Shown here: piece after piece, positions 12,945 through 25,519 of the stretch
Layout: each line of letters starts with the position of its first letter
How positions within the stretch are numbered: position 1 is the stretch's first letter
NCBI GenBank assembly: GCA_038087875.1
Contig: CM076001.1
Location: 2,296,001-2,345,381 of the forward strand
Reading direction: 5' to 3'
DNA length: 49,381 bases
DNA from: Malacoraja senta
Lineage: Eukaryota
The notes under the pieces: generated by a model
What the model was told of the DNA's origin: nothing
Database searches by the model: none
Seen by the model: only the letters and a program-made list of their open reading frames with translations
Position numbers and translations under genes: made by a program

Positions 12945-13390
12945 CAGTTGCTCAGTTGCGCACGGTGGCTGGATTGGCGGGTATTAGGTACAGGGAGAGA
13001 TTGGTCATATTTGGATTTGTATCCCTCTGGAACGTCGGAGATTGCGGGGAGACCTGGTCGAGTTATGTAAACTTATGAGACCCGGTAGACTGCCGGAACT
13101 TTGATTTTCCCAGAATGGAAAACATTATATACAAGAGGTCACAGCTTTATGGTACGAAGGGCAGAATTTAACGAACATGTGCGGCGCAATGTTTTACACA
13201 AAGTGCGGCGAGTGCATGTAAGGCGCTGCCAGGGCTGATGGTTAAGGCGGATACGATAGTGGAATTTAAAATAGATTTGGATGGAGATATGAATCTGCAG
13301 GGAATGGAGGGATATCGGTAACGCGCAGGTAGATCGGAGCTGCTCTTGGTATCAGGTCGACACAGACATTGTGACTAAAAATCTGTTCCT
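12945..13390 (+). mobile_element. Old degenerate CR1 3' fragment; paralog at about 34205-34650
   Basis: acagggagagattgg, ggggagacctgg, agaggtcacagcttta, cagggaatggagggata resemble the CR1 ORF2 end and 3'UTR. Confidence 0.65.
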
Positions 13391-14194
13391 CAACCGATCT
13401 ACCTAAATGCTGACCCTAGCACTATGTATGATTGGGCTATGCTGGCTTCACCTTGCATTAAACGTTGTGCCATTATCATGTATCTATAATACTACAAATG
13501 GCTCCATTACAATCAAGTATTGTCTTTTTGCTGACTGGATAGCACGCTACAAAATATTTTCAACGTTCCAAAACAGACAGAGTCTGGTCCAGGTTTAGGA
13601 AGTTTGGTATTATTTTCGCAATGGCCACAGGAAGTCCGAAGAGGTGCAGTGATTATGAACAGTGATTGTGCCTGCTGTTAAACGAAGTTTTTTTTTTAAT
13701 TTTTAGGCAATGGCTGTACCCTGCATGTATGGCATATGCAGCAGAAGATGCGCCGAATTTGGACCAATAAAGTTTAATAAAATACAAAATACCGCAGATA
13801 CTGAAAATGTACAATTGCACAGAAAATAAAAGAAATCTCCAGCGGCAAGGCAGCAGTTAGAAGGCGAAAAAGAAGGTTAATGATAAAGGCTGTTTATTTT
13901 TCTTCAAAATAGAATTCGCCAAGTGCAATCAGTAAAGTGTATTTGATTGGTGACAGACCGGAGATGGCATAATATTAGCAATAAAATAAAATTAATGTAT
14001 TCAAGAGAGAGTTCGCTCCTAATGTTAAAAAGCAGATTCGATGAATTAAGGGATTGGGGCACTGTCATATTCTGCAGCGTTTCTACAGCTGCACCTCTGA
14101 TGTTGCAGATACACATTGACCATGACGGGTTACCGAAGATTTATCTGCCCCCAGAAGTTGCGCAACTTCTTTCAATACAGGAATAAAAACAACA

Positions 14195-14230
14195 GGGTCT
14201 GAAGAAGGGTTTCGGCCCGAAACGTTACCT
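14195..14230 (+). ncRNA. Minimal type I hammerhead ribozyme
   Basis: GGGU-CUGAAGA-A-GGG(UUUCGG)CCC-GAAA-CGU-U-ACCU: core CUGAnGA and GAAA, stem II GGG/CCC, palindromic ACGU stem III, stem I GGGU/ACCU. Confidence 0.8.
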
Positions 14231-14296
14231 ATTTCCTTCGCTCCATAGATGCTGCTGCACCCGCTGAGTTTCTCCAGCATTTTTTTGTGTACCCCC
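14197..14296 (+). mobile_element. 100-nt Penelope-type terminal-repeat-derived insertion carrying a hammerhead ribozyme
   Basis: 15-bp TSD aataaaaacaacagg at 14182-14196 and 14297-14311; empty site in unit 2 at about 35449-35463. Confidence 0.9.
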
Positions 14297-14774
14297 AATA
14301 AAAACAACAGGTTTAGTCGATTTAGCCAAAGATCAATTTATTACTAAACACTCAAATTATGAATACATAGGAATGTGTTGACCAAGTTAACCAGGTGAAT
14401 CTTTCTTCTTCTTTGAACAACTGTCAACATGAGCAATATGAAACAAACAAGAGATTCTGTTTCAACAATTTTAATTATTCAATGCGAACCAAGGTGCTCT
14501 CCGATCAATTCGAATCAATCTCGCTGATTTTTATGTCTCCGAAAGAGTTTTGCATCTTTTGTTCTCTCTATCTAAAAAGTACTTGGAAGAATAAAGAAAT
14601 ACGAAGAAGAAGCCAGAAACATTTCATTATCTTTACTTCCGGTGAAAACACTTTCATCTGCTAGTTACATTTCAGTTACACGATAATGTAGCATTGAAAG
14701 GAAAACAATCTAACTTCGTGCCGTTTCTGAAGAGAGCGAATTATAGAGTGAACTATAAGACATTGCTTGAGTTT

Positions 14775-14925
14775 TCTTTAGTTTAGTTTACAGAGTGAAA
14801 ACAGTCCCTTCGCTCCATCACGTCCACGCCGACCAGCAAGTAACCGCACACAGCCTCTCTCCTGCACACAGGAACAATTATAGAGACCAATTAAACGGCA
14901 AACCTGCATGTGTCTCGAATGTGGC
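14775..14925 (-). mobile_element. HE1-like SINE 3' portion; paralog at about 35955-36105
   Basis: tttagtttagttt tail, gtgaaaacag.cccttcg, ccaattaa...aaacctgcatgtgtct. Confidence 0.6.
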
Positions 14926-15294
14926 CAAAGCGCGGCCAGATGTGATCTAGCCGCGGCCACACCCAGCAGTAGGCAGCTCAACGCGGACAGAGTATCGCTC
15001 GCTAGGCGAGACCTCAATCGCCAATTACTGAGGACCAGCCCGGTATGCCTGGTTCGCCCGCCGCAGACCGAGGACGGAGAACAAGCGCCTCGCGCGGGCA
15101 CTCAGCCGGAAGTCCCGGTTCGCCCGCCCACAATGGGAGAAGGCCGACATAGGGCCGGTAAGGAGCCCGGCTGCTGGAGAGAGGACCTCGTCGGTGCAGT
15201 GGGTTTCTGGAAGCATGAGACGTGTTGCGACGTCAATATAAGCTGTTCTGCGATGTGTTCCATGAATCCAAGAATCTGTGTTCCAAGAATGAAA

Positions 15295-15400
15295 CTAAAG
15301 TGCCCAATGTGTAGCATAGTGTTAGTGTACGGGGATCGCTGGTCAACGTGAAATTGGTGGGCCGAGGGGCCTGTTTCTGTGCTGTATCTCTAAAACTGAA
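15295..15400 (+). mobile_element. HE1-like SINE 3' portion; paralog at about 36475-36578
   Basis: gtgttagtgtacggggatcgctggtc...gggccgaggggcctgtttctgtgctgtatctctaaa. Confidence 0.7.
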
Positions 15401-15544
15401 AACGGGAACATCCCGATGGCCATTTACATCCCAAACGACATTTACTGATGGCAAGGACTACGCATACCTTGTGTATTTTGTTTTGTATCTTCCCTTGTGC
15501 CTCCTTGATTTGTGGACCCGATATCCTAGGCCACAACATTTAGT

Positions 15545-15720
15545 TAGAGGGAGTTAGATGTGGCACTTGTGGCTAATGGGATCAGGGGGTATGGAGAGAA
15601 AGCAGGTACAGGATACTGAGTTGGATGATCAGCCATGATCATATTGAATGGCGTTGCGGGCTCGAAGGACAGAATGGCCTATTCCTGCACATATTTTCTA
15701 TGTTTCTATGTTTCTATGTT
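15545..15720 (+). mobile_element. CR1 3'-end fragment with (TTTCTATG)n tail; in unit 2 (from about 36722) the tail is interrupted by an L1
   Basis: Matches the 3' end of the intact CR1 (about 33465-33620): gagttagatgtggc...gatcagccatgatc...tcctgcac. Confidence 0.9.
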
Positions 15721-15721
15721 T

Positions 15722-16420
15722 AACCCGACCGCTTCGGTTTTGTAGGCAAACACCTGAGACAGTATATAATTTAAACACATCTTTAATCAGCATCAGACCC
15801 AACCATCCCCTCCCTCCACTGAAGGATTAGGCGGAGAGGCTGAAGGTGAAAATCGCACGCGAGAGGCTTGTGGTGACCGAGAGGGGAAACATGCGGTATG
15901 TGTAACCCCGTGGTTAGTGGAGACCGAGGGACGTGGGAGGGGGGGGTGCAAGGCATGCGGCCACGGGCGTGAGACATTGCGAAAGGCGGCTGGAACTGGA
16001 GCGGCGGAGCATAGAGATCAGCAGGCGGTGGTCGGGGCTCCTTCACAGCAAGCAGGTGTTGTCGACTTCTCCGGTATACCGCTCCCTCACAGTCCACAAG
16101 GTACGATCGCGGCTCATCAGTCGGGCGTACAACAGTGCCCAGACGAGAATGTCCAGTTGAAGTTCATAGACGGACGACCTGGCCCGGCAGTAGAGGCTGG
16201 AGTGGTCTGCTGGATCTGTCGTATGACCGTTTCTTTGCATCTCGGACAGAAAATAGGGTGACCGTTCCGATCTGTGCCGCAACATTCTCTACTGTCTTCG
16301 TGGGATGGTGTGGGCGCTTAATGGCAGTGTTCAGTTCTTTGGGATTAATGCCACTTCTGACACCATGTAGACAGACACCTGAGAGTATATGATTTAAACA
16401 CATATATAATCAGCACTGTA
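15722..16420 (-). mobile_element. Gypsy-type LTR retrotransposon pol relic (integrase C-terminal region); paralog at about 43222-43918
   Basis: Minus-strand KRSYDRSSRPLQPLLPGQVVRL and PDEPRSYLVDCEGAVYRRSRQHL resemble Gypsy integrase C-termini; RSGRV-like end. Confidence 0.7.
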
Positions 16421-17989
16421 ACTTGGCAGCATTTAAAGACAAGGTGTAGTCACTTCATCCTAGCTGCTCAGACTGACGGTGCTGGGAATAGGCCTTAGTA
16501 TAAGTGTTATAGTGGGGTGGAGTTAGTGATGCTGGCTGAGTGTGATTGGTTCACATGCATCATCAATCTACAGATTTGCAATTCTCTCTTGAAGGACATG
16601 AAAACATTAAAAAAATAAACGTTGTTACCAATAACGAATGTCACGCACAACGGAATGCGAGCAAGATGTTGCATGTTTGTTCTGATCAACAGCTGGGCAT
16701 GGTACGACAGAGTTCTGAGGGACAACAGATAGAGAGCGTGCAGAACGTGGCTGCGTGGTTTGAATTAATTTCCAGCAGAACTCTAATCTTTGCTTATTGA
16801 GTTATAAACTATGGAGGCAAGCCCTTACCATTACTTTGCCCATGCTTAACAATGTTTGCAGACAGAGCCAATCGACGCGCATGGAGATGCCATCCTATGT
16901 CTCGACCACTCGTCTTCAGATGTGTGCTTGCTTTAGACCATTCAACCTGTAAGTTCGCATTTAGTCCGGTGAGCTGATAATGTACAGAAAATGTAAGCAG
17001 TGGTTGACACTATGGGACACGAACATGTGTGTACGACGATGGTGAGTTCTATAATGAAAGGAGTATACACGTTTTCAGCTAAGATGGAGTCGTCTACTAA
17101 CAGCACCACATTTCAAGCAAGCAGGTTCGCTTCTAGATGCTTGGAAACATATTCGGGCTCACTTACAATTGCCACGAAATCACGTGGCCTCTGAATCACG
17201 GCAACAAGAACACCTAGCATGGAGAAAAGGTAAACTTCTCTATTTCAAAGACATTTGAGGCTAGCTCGGTGGATGATATTAATAAATAGCATGCATTTTC
17301 AGCACTAAGAAGAATGACTAGTTCCAAAATCATAGCCAACTATTATCTGTTGGTTACGGCAGAAGAATGGCATTCTTGGTATATAAATCCATGCTATAAG
17401 TGAAGTCACCAGACTTCACATCTGGTCGCGATTACTGAAAAGCGCCAGGACCACAGAGGTGAAATTATCCCTGTTGCTCGATGGATTTCCCGATAATGTT
17501 TTGGAGGTGAAAGGAGTGTAAGGTTCGACTTTTATTTACAGGTTTGCAGCATTAAATGTGTAACATAGTGTGCATTTTCTCCGGAGATGTTGTTTGACCC
17601 AATAATGTCTACATAATGTTATGTATCTTTTTTTAAAGTAGCTTTTGCAGTTCCTTCTTTCTGCACTTGGAATATCATTCTCGAATACAGTTCTGTCAAT
17701 ACTTCAGGGAGGATGATGTTAACTTCGAGTGCGTGCAGAAAATATTTACTGGGATGTTGCCGGGACTCGAAGGATTCCATTCAGAACGAAACTGGATTGA
17801 TCTGAGAACTTCATCCCTTCACTGTACGGGTTCGTGAGGTGACCTTTCATGTTTATAGTATCACGAGTAGAATAGCTAAAGAGTTTCATATTTGGCACGG
17901 TTCTCCAAACGAGTGCATAAGTCGAAGGAGGGAGGAGAAACATTCAAACACGTCGTGACGCGCATTTGTTCCCACACGGTGGATATTTA

Positions 17990-18280
17990 ATGTAGAGATA
18001 CCACGCGGATGCTGGCCCTTCGCCTAATCGAGTCCGCACCCACCAGTGATCACTTCAAACTGCCCTAGTGACAATGTTATATTTACACCAAGCCAATTAA
18101 CCTGTAACCTACATACTCGACTTTTTTGACGTGTTGGGTGAAATCGAAGATCTCGAAGAAAACACACGCAGGTCACGGGTAGAATGGACAAACTCAGTAC
18201 AGACAAATAGCCGTAGTCAGGATCGAACCCGTGTCTATGGCGCTCCAAGGCAGTAGCTTTACCACTACGCCACTGTGCCG
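17990..18280 (-). mobile_element. HE1-like (V-SINE) SINE, near full length; paralog at about 46348-46641
   Basis: Minus strand starts cggcacagtggcgtagtggta (A box), gggttcgatcc (B box), then V-domain and CR1-type tail. Confidence 0.85.
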
Positions 18281-19187
18281 ATATGTGTAAGGAAGTGGTC
18301 GTAGTCGGCAACGTTACAACACTTAAGATGCATTTGGGCTAATTAATGGTTAGAAAAGATTCAGAAGAACATGCGCCAAGTACAGCCATATGGGACCATT
18401 TTAGATAAGCGCCTTTATTGAAATGGTCAGATTGGCGTTTTGGCGTATCACTATCGTCCATTGTCCGCCAATGGGACATTTGGGATGTCGATGTCCAGGG
18501 AGACCGTTCCATCGGACTGCTCGAACGAAGGCCACGAGGTTTATTTACCGCTTCCTTTCTGAGAGTGTGATATCCGCTGGAATCCAAGATAAAAAAGATT
18601 GTTTGCAGTTTCGACCGAGGGGCCGTGGGTGGGTCGACGGAGGTGGAAAGAGCGAGAGAAAGAGAGAGGAGCCGAACGTACAGCAGGATGTGGGGGCCAA
18701 TAAATCAGAATGAGCTGTGAACAACCGTGAAATTACCCTTGAGCGGAAACCAGCAGCCCCAGCGAATTCCTCAAATTGAACAACATGTACATCGCTGTCA
18801 ACTAAATATCAGGACCCAAGACCCAAATGACAGGATGTGTTTGCCGTATGGTGTAATCGGGATACTAGAGTCTGGAGCGAAGAGGATTTGGGGAGAGAGT
18901 ACCCAACTCAAATTTGAAGCTATACAAATCTCAGGCGACATCGGCGGTGAAAATAAATTTAGGGGATTTCACATCTTTTCCTTGCCCTGCAGGAGGAATT
19001 AAAGCCGGCTCTGAGCAATCCCTCGAATCTCATTCTTGTTACTTACTATTGCAAATCTCTCAATTTCATCTGCCAATCAACTCCAACCGATGATACTACT
19101 TTCCACGCGGCAATGGCAGATAGATTCTCGCCATCCTTCGTGGAAAGACACTGGAGCAGCCGAAGGAAATCGCCCACTATTAGCGGA

Positions 19188-19470
19188 ATACACAGTGGCG
19201 CGGCTGGTAGAGCTGCTACCTGACAGCTCCAGATAGACGTGTGTGATCCTGAACTCGGGTGCTGCTGGGCAATCTGCATGAGAACGCGTGTGTTAACTCC
19301 GGGTGTCCCGGTTTGAGCCCACGTCCTAAAGGCATGCGGGTTTGTAGGTTGATCAGCCCTCTGAAAATTCCCCCTCGTATGGGGAGAGTCGTGCGAAACT
19401 GAGATAACATGGAAATGGTTGTGGACGGGTAATCGGTGGCGGTGTTGACTCGACGGGGCTGTTTCCATGT
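19188..19470 (+). mobile_element. HE1-like SINE, degenerate; paralog at about 47550-47832
   Basis: cacagtggcgcggctggtagagctgct head, gggtttgtaggttgat, gggctgtttcc tail. Confidence 0.7.
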
Positions 19471-19737
19471 AACTCCCACCCGCCACACCTCATCCCAATC
19501 CCTCCCTGGTTTCTCTCCACTGTGAAACCATTCTCCGAACATCAACTACACTAAATCCTTTACCTGAAATATTAAATGTATGGACGTTCTCCTCGCCCGT
19601 TCATCGCCCCCCAACTTCGTATGGTTCCCCATAGATTTCAACTGGCATGAATTGTGGGAATAGAGCAGGTGTAAAATCAGCTGTTGCATCTGCAGCAACA
19701 AGGAACCGAAAATGCTGGTTTACAATTACAAGAAAGA

Positions 19738-20400
19738 TAATGGAATGTTGGCCTTCATAACAAGAGGATTTCAGTCTGGGAGTAAAGAGTTTCTTCTGCA
19801 GTCGTATAGGGTTCTGGTGAGACCACATCTGGAGTATTGTGTACAGTTTTGGTCTCCTAATTTGAGGAAGGACATCCTTCTGATTGAGGCAGTGCAGCGT
19901 AGGTTCACGAGATTGATCCCTGCGATGGAGGGACTGTCATATGAGGAAAGATTGAAAAGACTAGGCTTGTATTCACTGGAGTTTATACGCATGAGGCGGG
20001 GGGGGGCTTATAGAAACATATAAAATCATAATAGGACTGGATAAGCTAGATACAGGAAAAATGTCCCCAATGTTGGGCGAGTCCAGAAGCAAGGGCCACA
20101 GTCTTAGAATAAAGGGGGAAGCCATTTAAGACTGAGGTGAGAAAAACGTTTTCACCCAGAGAGTTGTGAATTTGTGGAATTTCCTACCACAGAGGGTAGT
20201 GGAGGCCAAGTCACTGGATGGATTTAAGAGTGAGTTAGATACAGCTCTAGGGGCTAGTGGAATCAAGGGATATGGGGAGAAGGCAGGCACGGGTTATTGA
20301 TTGCGGACGATCAGCCATGATCACAGTGAATGGCGATGCTGGCTAGAAGGGCCCAACGGCCTCCTCCTGCTTCTATTTTCTATGTTTCTATGTTTCTATT
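19738..20400 (+). mobile_element. CR1 3' fragment with (TTTCTATG)n tail; paralog at about 48099-48742
   Basis: NGMLAFITRG...VRPHLEYCVQFWSPNLRKD...VQRRFTRLIP; 3'UTR gatcagccatgatc and tail. Confidence 0.92.
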
Positions 20401-23400
20401 GTCCTCATTGGAAAGTGATGCACGTTGGAGAGACCATTGCTGATAACTTACTATTCCCACTAACGCTCATCTCATGTGATTTTTTTGTTTAAAATTAAGT
20501 CTTTGGTTGATTTTGTTAGCGAATAGAGCGTACATTGTAGGAACAGCGTTATGTCCGATACACAGAGATTGCAAAGATGAAGGGAGGACTCAAGAGAGAA
20601 CAGTAAATGGACGGTTGGGTAAAGGGTCGGTCCATGGGCCACGGAATAATGTGGGAAGTGTGTTGTTTTGCAATTGCAAACAAAACCTAGCAGGGATTTG
20701 ATTAAATCGGGGAAGTAAGACCCAGAGAGCAATATAGATATTTGCTTTCGAGCAACATTCCGTCTTCTGTGTGAGAAAAACATCTAGTGAGTCAGCTGGA
20801 AGTATTTGAAGTGAACTCTTGTCAGCAGTTCAGAGAAGCCTCCACACACTTTGCTGAGAACTGCTCTTCCTTCTGTGCGTTCTCGTAATGCCAAAACGAT
20901 TCTAGAATTGTGACATTCCGCCAAAAGCATTTAATCTGTTTAACGCCTGATGCGATGTCCTCTGTTAATATCTCCATCCATCCATTTAAATATATATATA
21001 AATATATTAAAATAAATATTATAATAATATATACAATTATACATTTCGTACGAACCATGTCTGTTTTGTATGACAATAAATAGTATTCCCTAATATTATT
21101 TGTATATATTATTATATTTGTATATATTATTATAACAATTATTTTTATATGTATTACCATATTTTTAAAATATTTATATTTATATATATATTACTATATA
21201 TATTACTATGTATGATCAGGGTTGATTTATGACTTGTCACTTGGCATCACCTTCCGCAAAAATCTTTCCATAACATTGTTTACTATCAAACCCGCAGGGG
21301 TGCCGCAGAGGCAGTGATGCTGTCCTAAACCGTCAGAGATCCGGATTTGATCCTGACCACTGTAGTTGCCTGCACGGAGTTTGTCCGTTATCCGCGTGAC
21401 CCGTTGTCCGTTCTCCCCGTAGGCTTTTATCCGGAGCTCCGGTTTCCTCGAATACTCCAAAGACGTATCGGTTTGTAGGTTAATTGGTTTCGGTAAAAAT
21501 GTTAAATTATCCGCAATGTGTAGGATGGTGTTAGTGTGCGGGAATCGCTGATCAACGCGGACTCGCTGTGCCGAGGAGCCTGTTTCCGCGCTGTATCTCC
21601 AAATGGAATATATGTGTGTGTATAGACATATTATTGCACGAATGTGGGAGAAGCAGTCTCCAAGAAGGTTATCAAGAATTGTGGTCTGGGCACTTACATA
21701 GAAAATCATAGATGGCCACAAAAAGAAAAGTGTGATGGGCATGGAACGGTTGAGGAACGGAATTGTGGACCTATTGCCATTGAGAGCTGAAGGCTTGCTC
21801 TTGCATTCAAAGTATGAAGGAATGTAAATTATGTTATGGAAACATTTGTGCAGAAGTTGCCGCCAAGACAAAAGTCACCAATCAACCCTGATCCTCGTGA
21901 ATATCTTAGCTGGCACAAACAGCTGAAAGATCCCTTATTCTTCGTAATCAGTTACATTTTAATTGGAAGCCTTCTCCATTTTCTCAATGCCTGCCCAACT
22001 GCGGAGTCCTACCTGGGGTGCACTCGATTCTGAGAAGCTTCCTTTCGAGCGTATTCCTCTTGTTTTTATTCTACTCTCTTAGCCTCTGCAGAACTGCAGC
22101 GTCTGCGCTGTGGTAGTGGCTTGGAAGATACATGCCAGACCAATTTGTAACTATGACCAATCAGAAAAGCGAACCTTCGCCCTTTACCGCCCCGACTACT
22201 AGACTCTGCTTCCTTAAAATATTATTAGATTCCCTTGCTTGAGTAAACACCATCCGCTACCGTTGGATGCAACTGGTGAAGAGTGAATCTTTAATGTACA
22301 TTGTAATCTCATTATATCAATGAGTACTTACATGAGCAATCAGAGATGGGTTCAGAGAAGAACAGTGTGATGATGGGGAAGAATCGAGGACCGAAATAGT
22401 AGAGCTATTGCCATTCATTTGGAGGCGTGCCGGCTGGATTCTACGGATGGAGGGTTTGTTGGTAAATCAGATTCAGAAAAGATTGCTGTGGAAGGTGGCG
22501 CCACGTCACAAATGGACACTGATCCCAATGGATATCAAAACTGGCACAAACAACTGAAGGAAAACTAATTTTGTCCCAAAAATACTTTTGTTATCAGTTT
22601 ATATGTCGATAAAATGTTAGTTCATCAGTCTCCATTTTTTCGCTGCAGGTCACTAAACAGCCGATACGTCGCCTACCCGACAAGAAATGCTCTCAAGACG
22701 GAGAAGCAATCCTTTGCGCTTCTTCATCTCCGTGATGCGTACAATGAGAGTGATAAATGATGCAAATGATGCAACCGCTCAAAACAGATATGTACTGGTA
22801 CGCCGAATTTAGCTACTTCGCCTCGGCAGAGCTCCAGCGTCGGCGCTGCATCAATGGAGGTGGGACATTAATGCAAATCGATTCAGAATCTCTTTACCAC
22901 ACAGGTGAACCTACTCACTTTACCGCCCTCTACTGGATACTCGCTTGTTACACTCTGCTTCCATTAAAATATAATTAGTAATGCCAACTTGTATGAATAG
23001 CACCCACAACCTTTGGCTGCATCTAGTCCAGAGTTAATAATTGTGATTAAAACCGAAAGCCTCTGCAAGGTGCAATGAGACATTACATTGAGTGCGAGAA
23101 GCAAAAATAAAATCGAACTCTCATTAACGTAAATGTTGCAGCAAGAATTTTGTTAAACACATTTGTGCACTGGGCACTTACATACGTAACCATGGAACGT
23201 CTGAAAGAAGAGTAGAGTAATGGAGCATGAAATGTTTATGTCCATAACTCTTTGTCTGTTTTCATTGCGTGCTGGACACTTTGCCGCTGGATTCAAAGGA
23301 AGGTGGAAACAGTTAACGGCGAGGCTCAATTCCGGAAACATCGGAGGTCTGCTCCAGTACAACATAGCAATCGGTTCCACATGGCCGCCCTCCCCACTGG

Positions 23401-23584
23401 ACACTTTGAACAACGCGCCCGTGTCGCACGTTAAATAGATGGCCAAATATGCATTCCAGTGCAGGGAACGCGTTCAGATTGTATTTCTCAGCTTTTTTTT
23501 TAAATTGATGCGGAAAGATTTCAGAGAAAACTCCTTCATTACATAGTTTTTGCACTCACTCACGAAGGGATTATTATTGTAATG

Positions 23585-24498
23585 TTATTTTACACCAGGT
23601 TTTCTCAGTTTTATTAAACTTACAGTTAGGGTGAAGGGGAAAATGAGTACCTGGAGCAGCTGCTCTCTGAACCTCCTCTGGGTCACGGTGTAAATGAGCG
23701 TGTTTGTGCAGGTGTTCAACAGTTGTAGCATAATTCCAGTTTGTTCAAATGTTGCAAATGGGTTCTTCAACCCTCTGAACCTAAATGCGTTCGTACATCG
23801 ATAGAAAACGAAATATGCTACAGTTGTGCCCCAGAGCAGCATAAAACTGCTGGAAATTGCTAGGAGTAAAATTACGGACCGTCTGCGGTTTGCGATTTCG
23901 GGGTCCTCACTACTGAGATCGCGGAGATTTCTGCGGACACGACTAGCCACTAAAATGCGTCTGACAGTGAGCACGTTCATCAGCATAATCAAACAAAATG
24001 GAATGACTGGGATTAGCAGCTGTTGGGTCCAGGAAAATGCTATCCACGAGGGCAGGACATAAAAGTGATATGGTATTCGGCAACCCCACTGTATACCCTG
24101 CTGATCCCTGAGATAATAAGTGTACGCAAACGGCCAGGGAGCGTTCTGTAAACAGAACAACGCAGTTAGGGTCACTATAACCACCACCGCGGTTCTTTCG
24201 GTGCAGTATCTGGTTCTCAGATTCTGAGTGGAAATGGCCACAAAGCGATCAAATGTGAAAGCGACCGTGAGCCAAACCGAACAGGCAACGGCCGCGGGAG
24301 CGAGGAACATAATGCACCTGCACACAGTATTGTGGAAGAGGAATGTGTCCACCCAGTAAACGTCGGCAATCCGATGTAATATCACTTCGCAGACAATCAC
24401 TGAGAGGTCCACCGCCGCCATGGCCACCAGGTAACGAGTGGTGCATTTTGAGAGACCACAATTTCTGCGGGACAGGATCACAATCGCCAACAAGTTCA
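23585..24498 (-). CDS. GPR139/GPR142-like orphan class A GPCR, exon 2 (intact; end of TM1 to C-terminus)
   Basis: Open frame with hydrophobic TM segments: NLLAIVILSR, YLVAMAAVDL (TM2), WLTVAFTFDRFVAI (DRY-like DRF), ECL2 WGC, LNTCTNTLIY (NPxxY variant); acceptor ttcctcttttctactcccccAG at 24499-24500. Confidence 0.93.
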
Positions 24499-24834
24499 CT
24501 GGGGGAGTAGAAAAGAGGAAACTGTCGTTACATGGAAGGGAAACGCGATGCTAATTTGGGGTGGGGGTAAATTTTTGGTACGGTTTGTTTATTTGGTCGA
24601 AAACGACTGCGCTACTTGCAATCCCTCAGTGCGTGCTAAGGTGATGTGCGCATTAGCTATCAGCGGTATACGCAGGTAGCGTGAGCCCTCTCCCAGCCGC
24701 CTTTGATGAACCGCAGACTGCATATTGCAGCAGCAGTTCCGCATCAGACGCCATCGTCCTGGACCTAAACCCTTCTGTGTAACAGCCAGGCAGGAAGGAG
24801 TCGAACGTTAGATTCCCATTTCTCCGCTGGAACA

Positions 24835-25250
24835 CTTGCCTTCAACACTACTCCCATCCAAACGCATTGATAAACTCCCGAGCCTCGCGATCAGCACTCC
24901 AGCTTGCGAGTGGATACTCGACTTTCTAATGAACATACCTTAATCAGTGATAATCAGTGATAACACCCCTTCCACAATAATTCTCAACAACGGTGCCCCA
25001 TAAAGATTTCTGCTCCGTCCCCGACACTTCACCCTAAACACTTACGAGCCGCGGCCAAATTCGGCTGTAACTGCTCCCACAACTTTCTAGATAATAACAA
25101 TCTCAACGTCAGTATCAACCAGACGACGGAGCAAGTTATCTATTTCAGGAAAAGCGATGGATCACCGGTCACCATCAACGGTGCTGAAGTGGAAGTGGTT
25201 GAGGACTTCAAGTTCCTCGGAGTTAATATCATCAACGATAATTCATAGAC
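24835..25250 (+). mobile_element. Ancient Rex1/Babar-like (CR1/L2-group) RT fragment in the GPCR intron; its 5' part is also at about 3940-4030 and 6272-6309
   Basis: Decayed AFNT...ACEWILDFL...STIILNNGAP...VEVVEDFKFLGVNI. Confidence 0.7.
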
Positions 25251-25368
25251 GACGGATGCAGTCCAGCATTCCCGTGTTTCGCACACTATTTGCACTTTAC
25301 CTTTAACATTGCCTTTATCAACACATCATCCCACAAGTCTGTCCCGCATACACGTTCCATTGACCTAC

Positions 25369-25438
25369 CAGGTACTGCGATTGCTGCTAGAATTGGATAA
25401 TAATAATATTCAGCTGTCAAATACCACTTCCAACCCAT
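25369..25438 (-). CDS. GPR139/GPR142-like GPCR, exon 1 (MGWKWYLTAEYYYYPILAAIAVP plus 1 nt)
   Basis: ATG at 25438; donor G|GTAGGT at 25368; the phase-1 join G+TG gives Val in frame with exon 2, completing TM1 (YPILAAIAVPVNLLAIVIL) and a 327-aa protein. Confidence 0.88.
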
Positions 25439-25511
25439 TTCTCCGTCAAGCCGTACCCAGTTATGCCGTTCAAAATTTACAGAAGACAAAGTGAGAAGTC
25501 AAACCGCGCTA

Positions 25512-25519
25512 TATTTATA
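25512..25519 (-). promoter_or_regulatory. Candidate TATA box of the GPCR gene
   Basis: TATAAATA on the minus strand about 75 nt upstream of the ATG; motif and position only. Confidence 0.5.

Larger units (their letters stand above)
1..20885. repeat. Tandem segmental duplication, unit 1 (boundary set by the window start)
   Basis: taatgccaaaacgattctag... at 1 recurs at 20886 and 49230; unique and repeat blocks are colinear between units. Confidence 0.97.

Noticed and set aside
13785..13875. Additional decayed Penelope-type terminal repeats (also about 17575-17660 and 19690-19735)
   Set aside because: Plausible relics, but too degenerate, with no hammerhead core or TSD
17000..17400. Possible ancient RTE-like RT or a coding exon (64-aa ORF in both units)
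   Set aside because: Similarity too weak to support by eye
18230..18280. tRNA gene
   Set aside because: The A/B boxes belong to a SINE head and continue into SINE body; no cloverleaf
23585..25438. Assigning the symbol GPR139
   Set aside because: Only family-level resemblance; a tandem paralog is unlikely to be the 1:1 ortholog and no phylogeny was run
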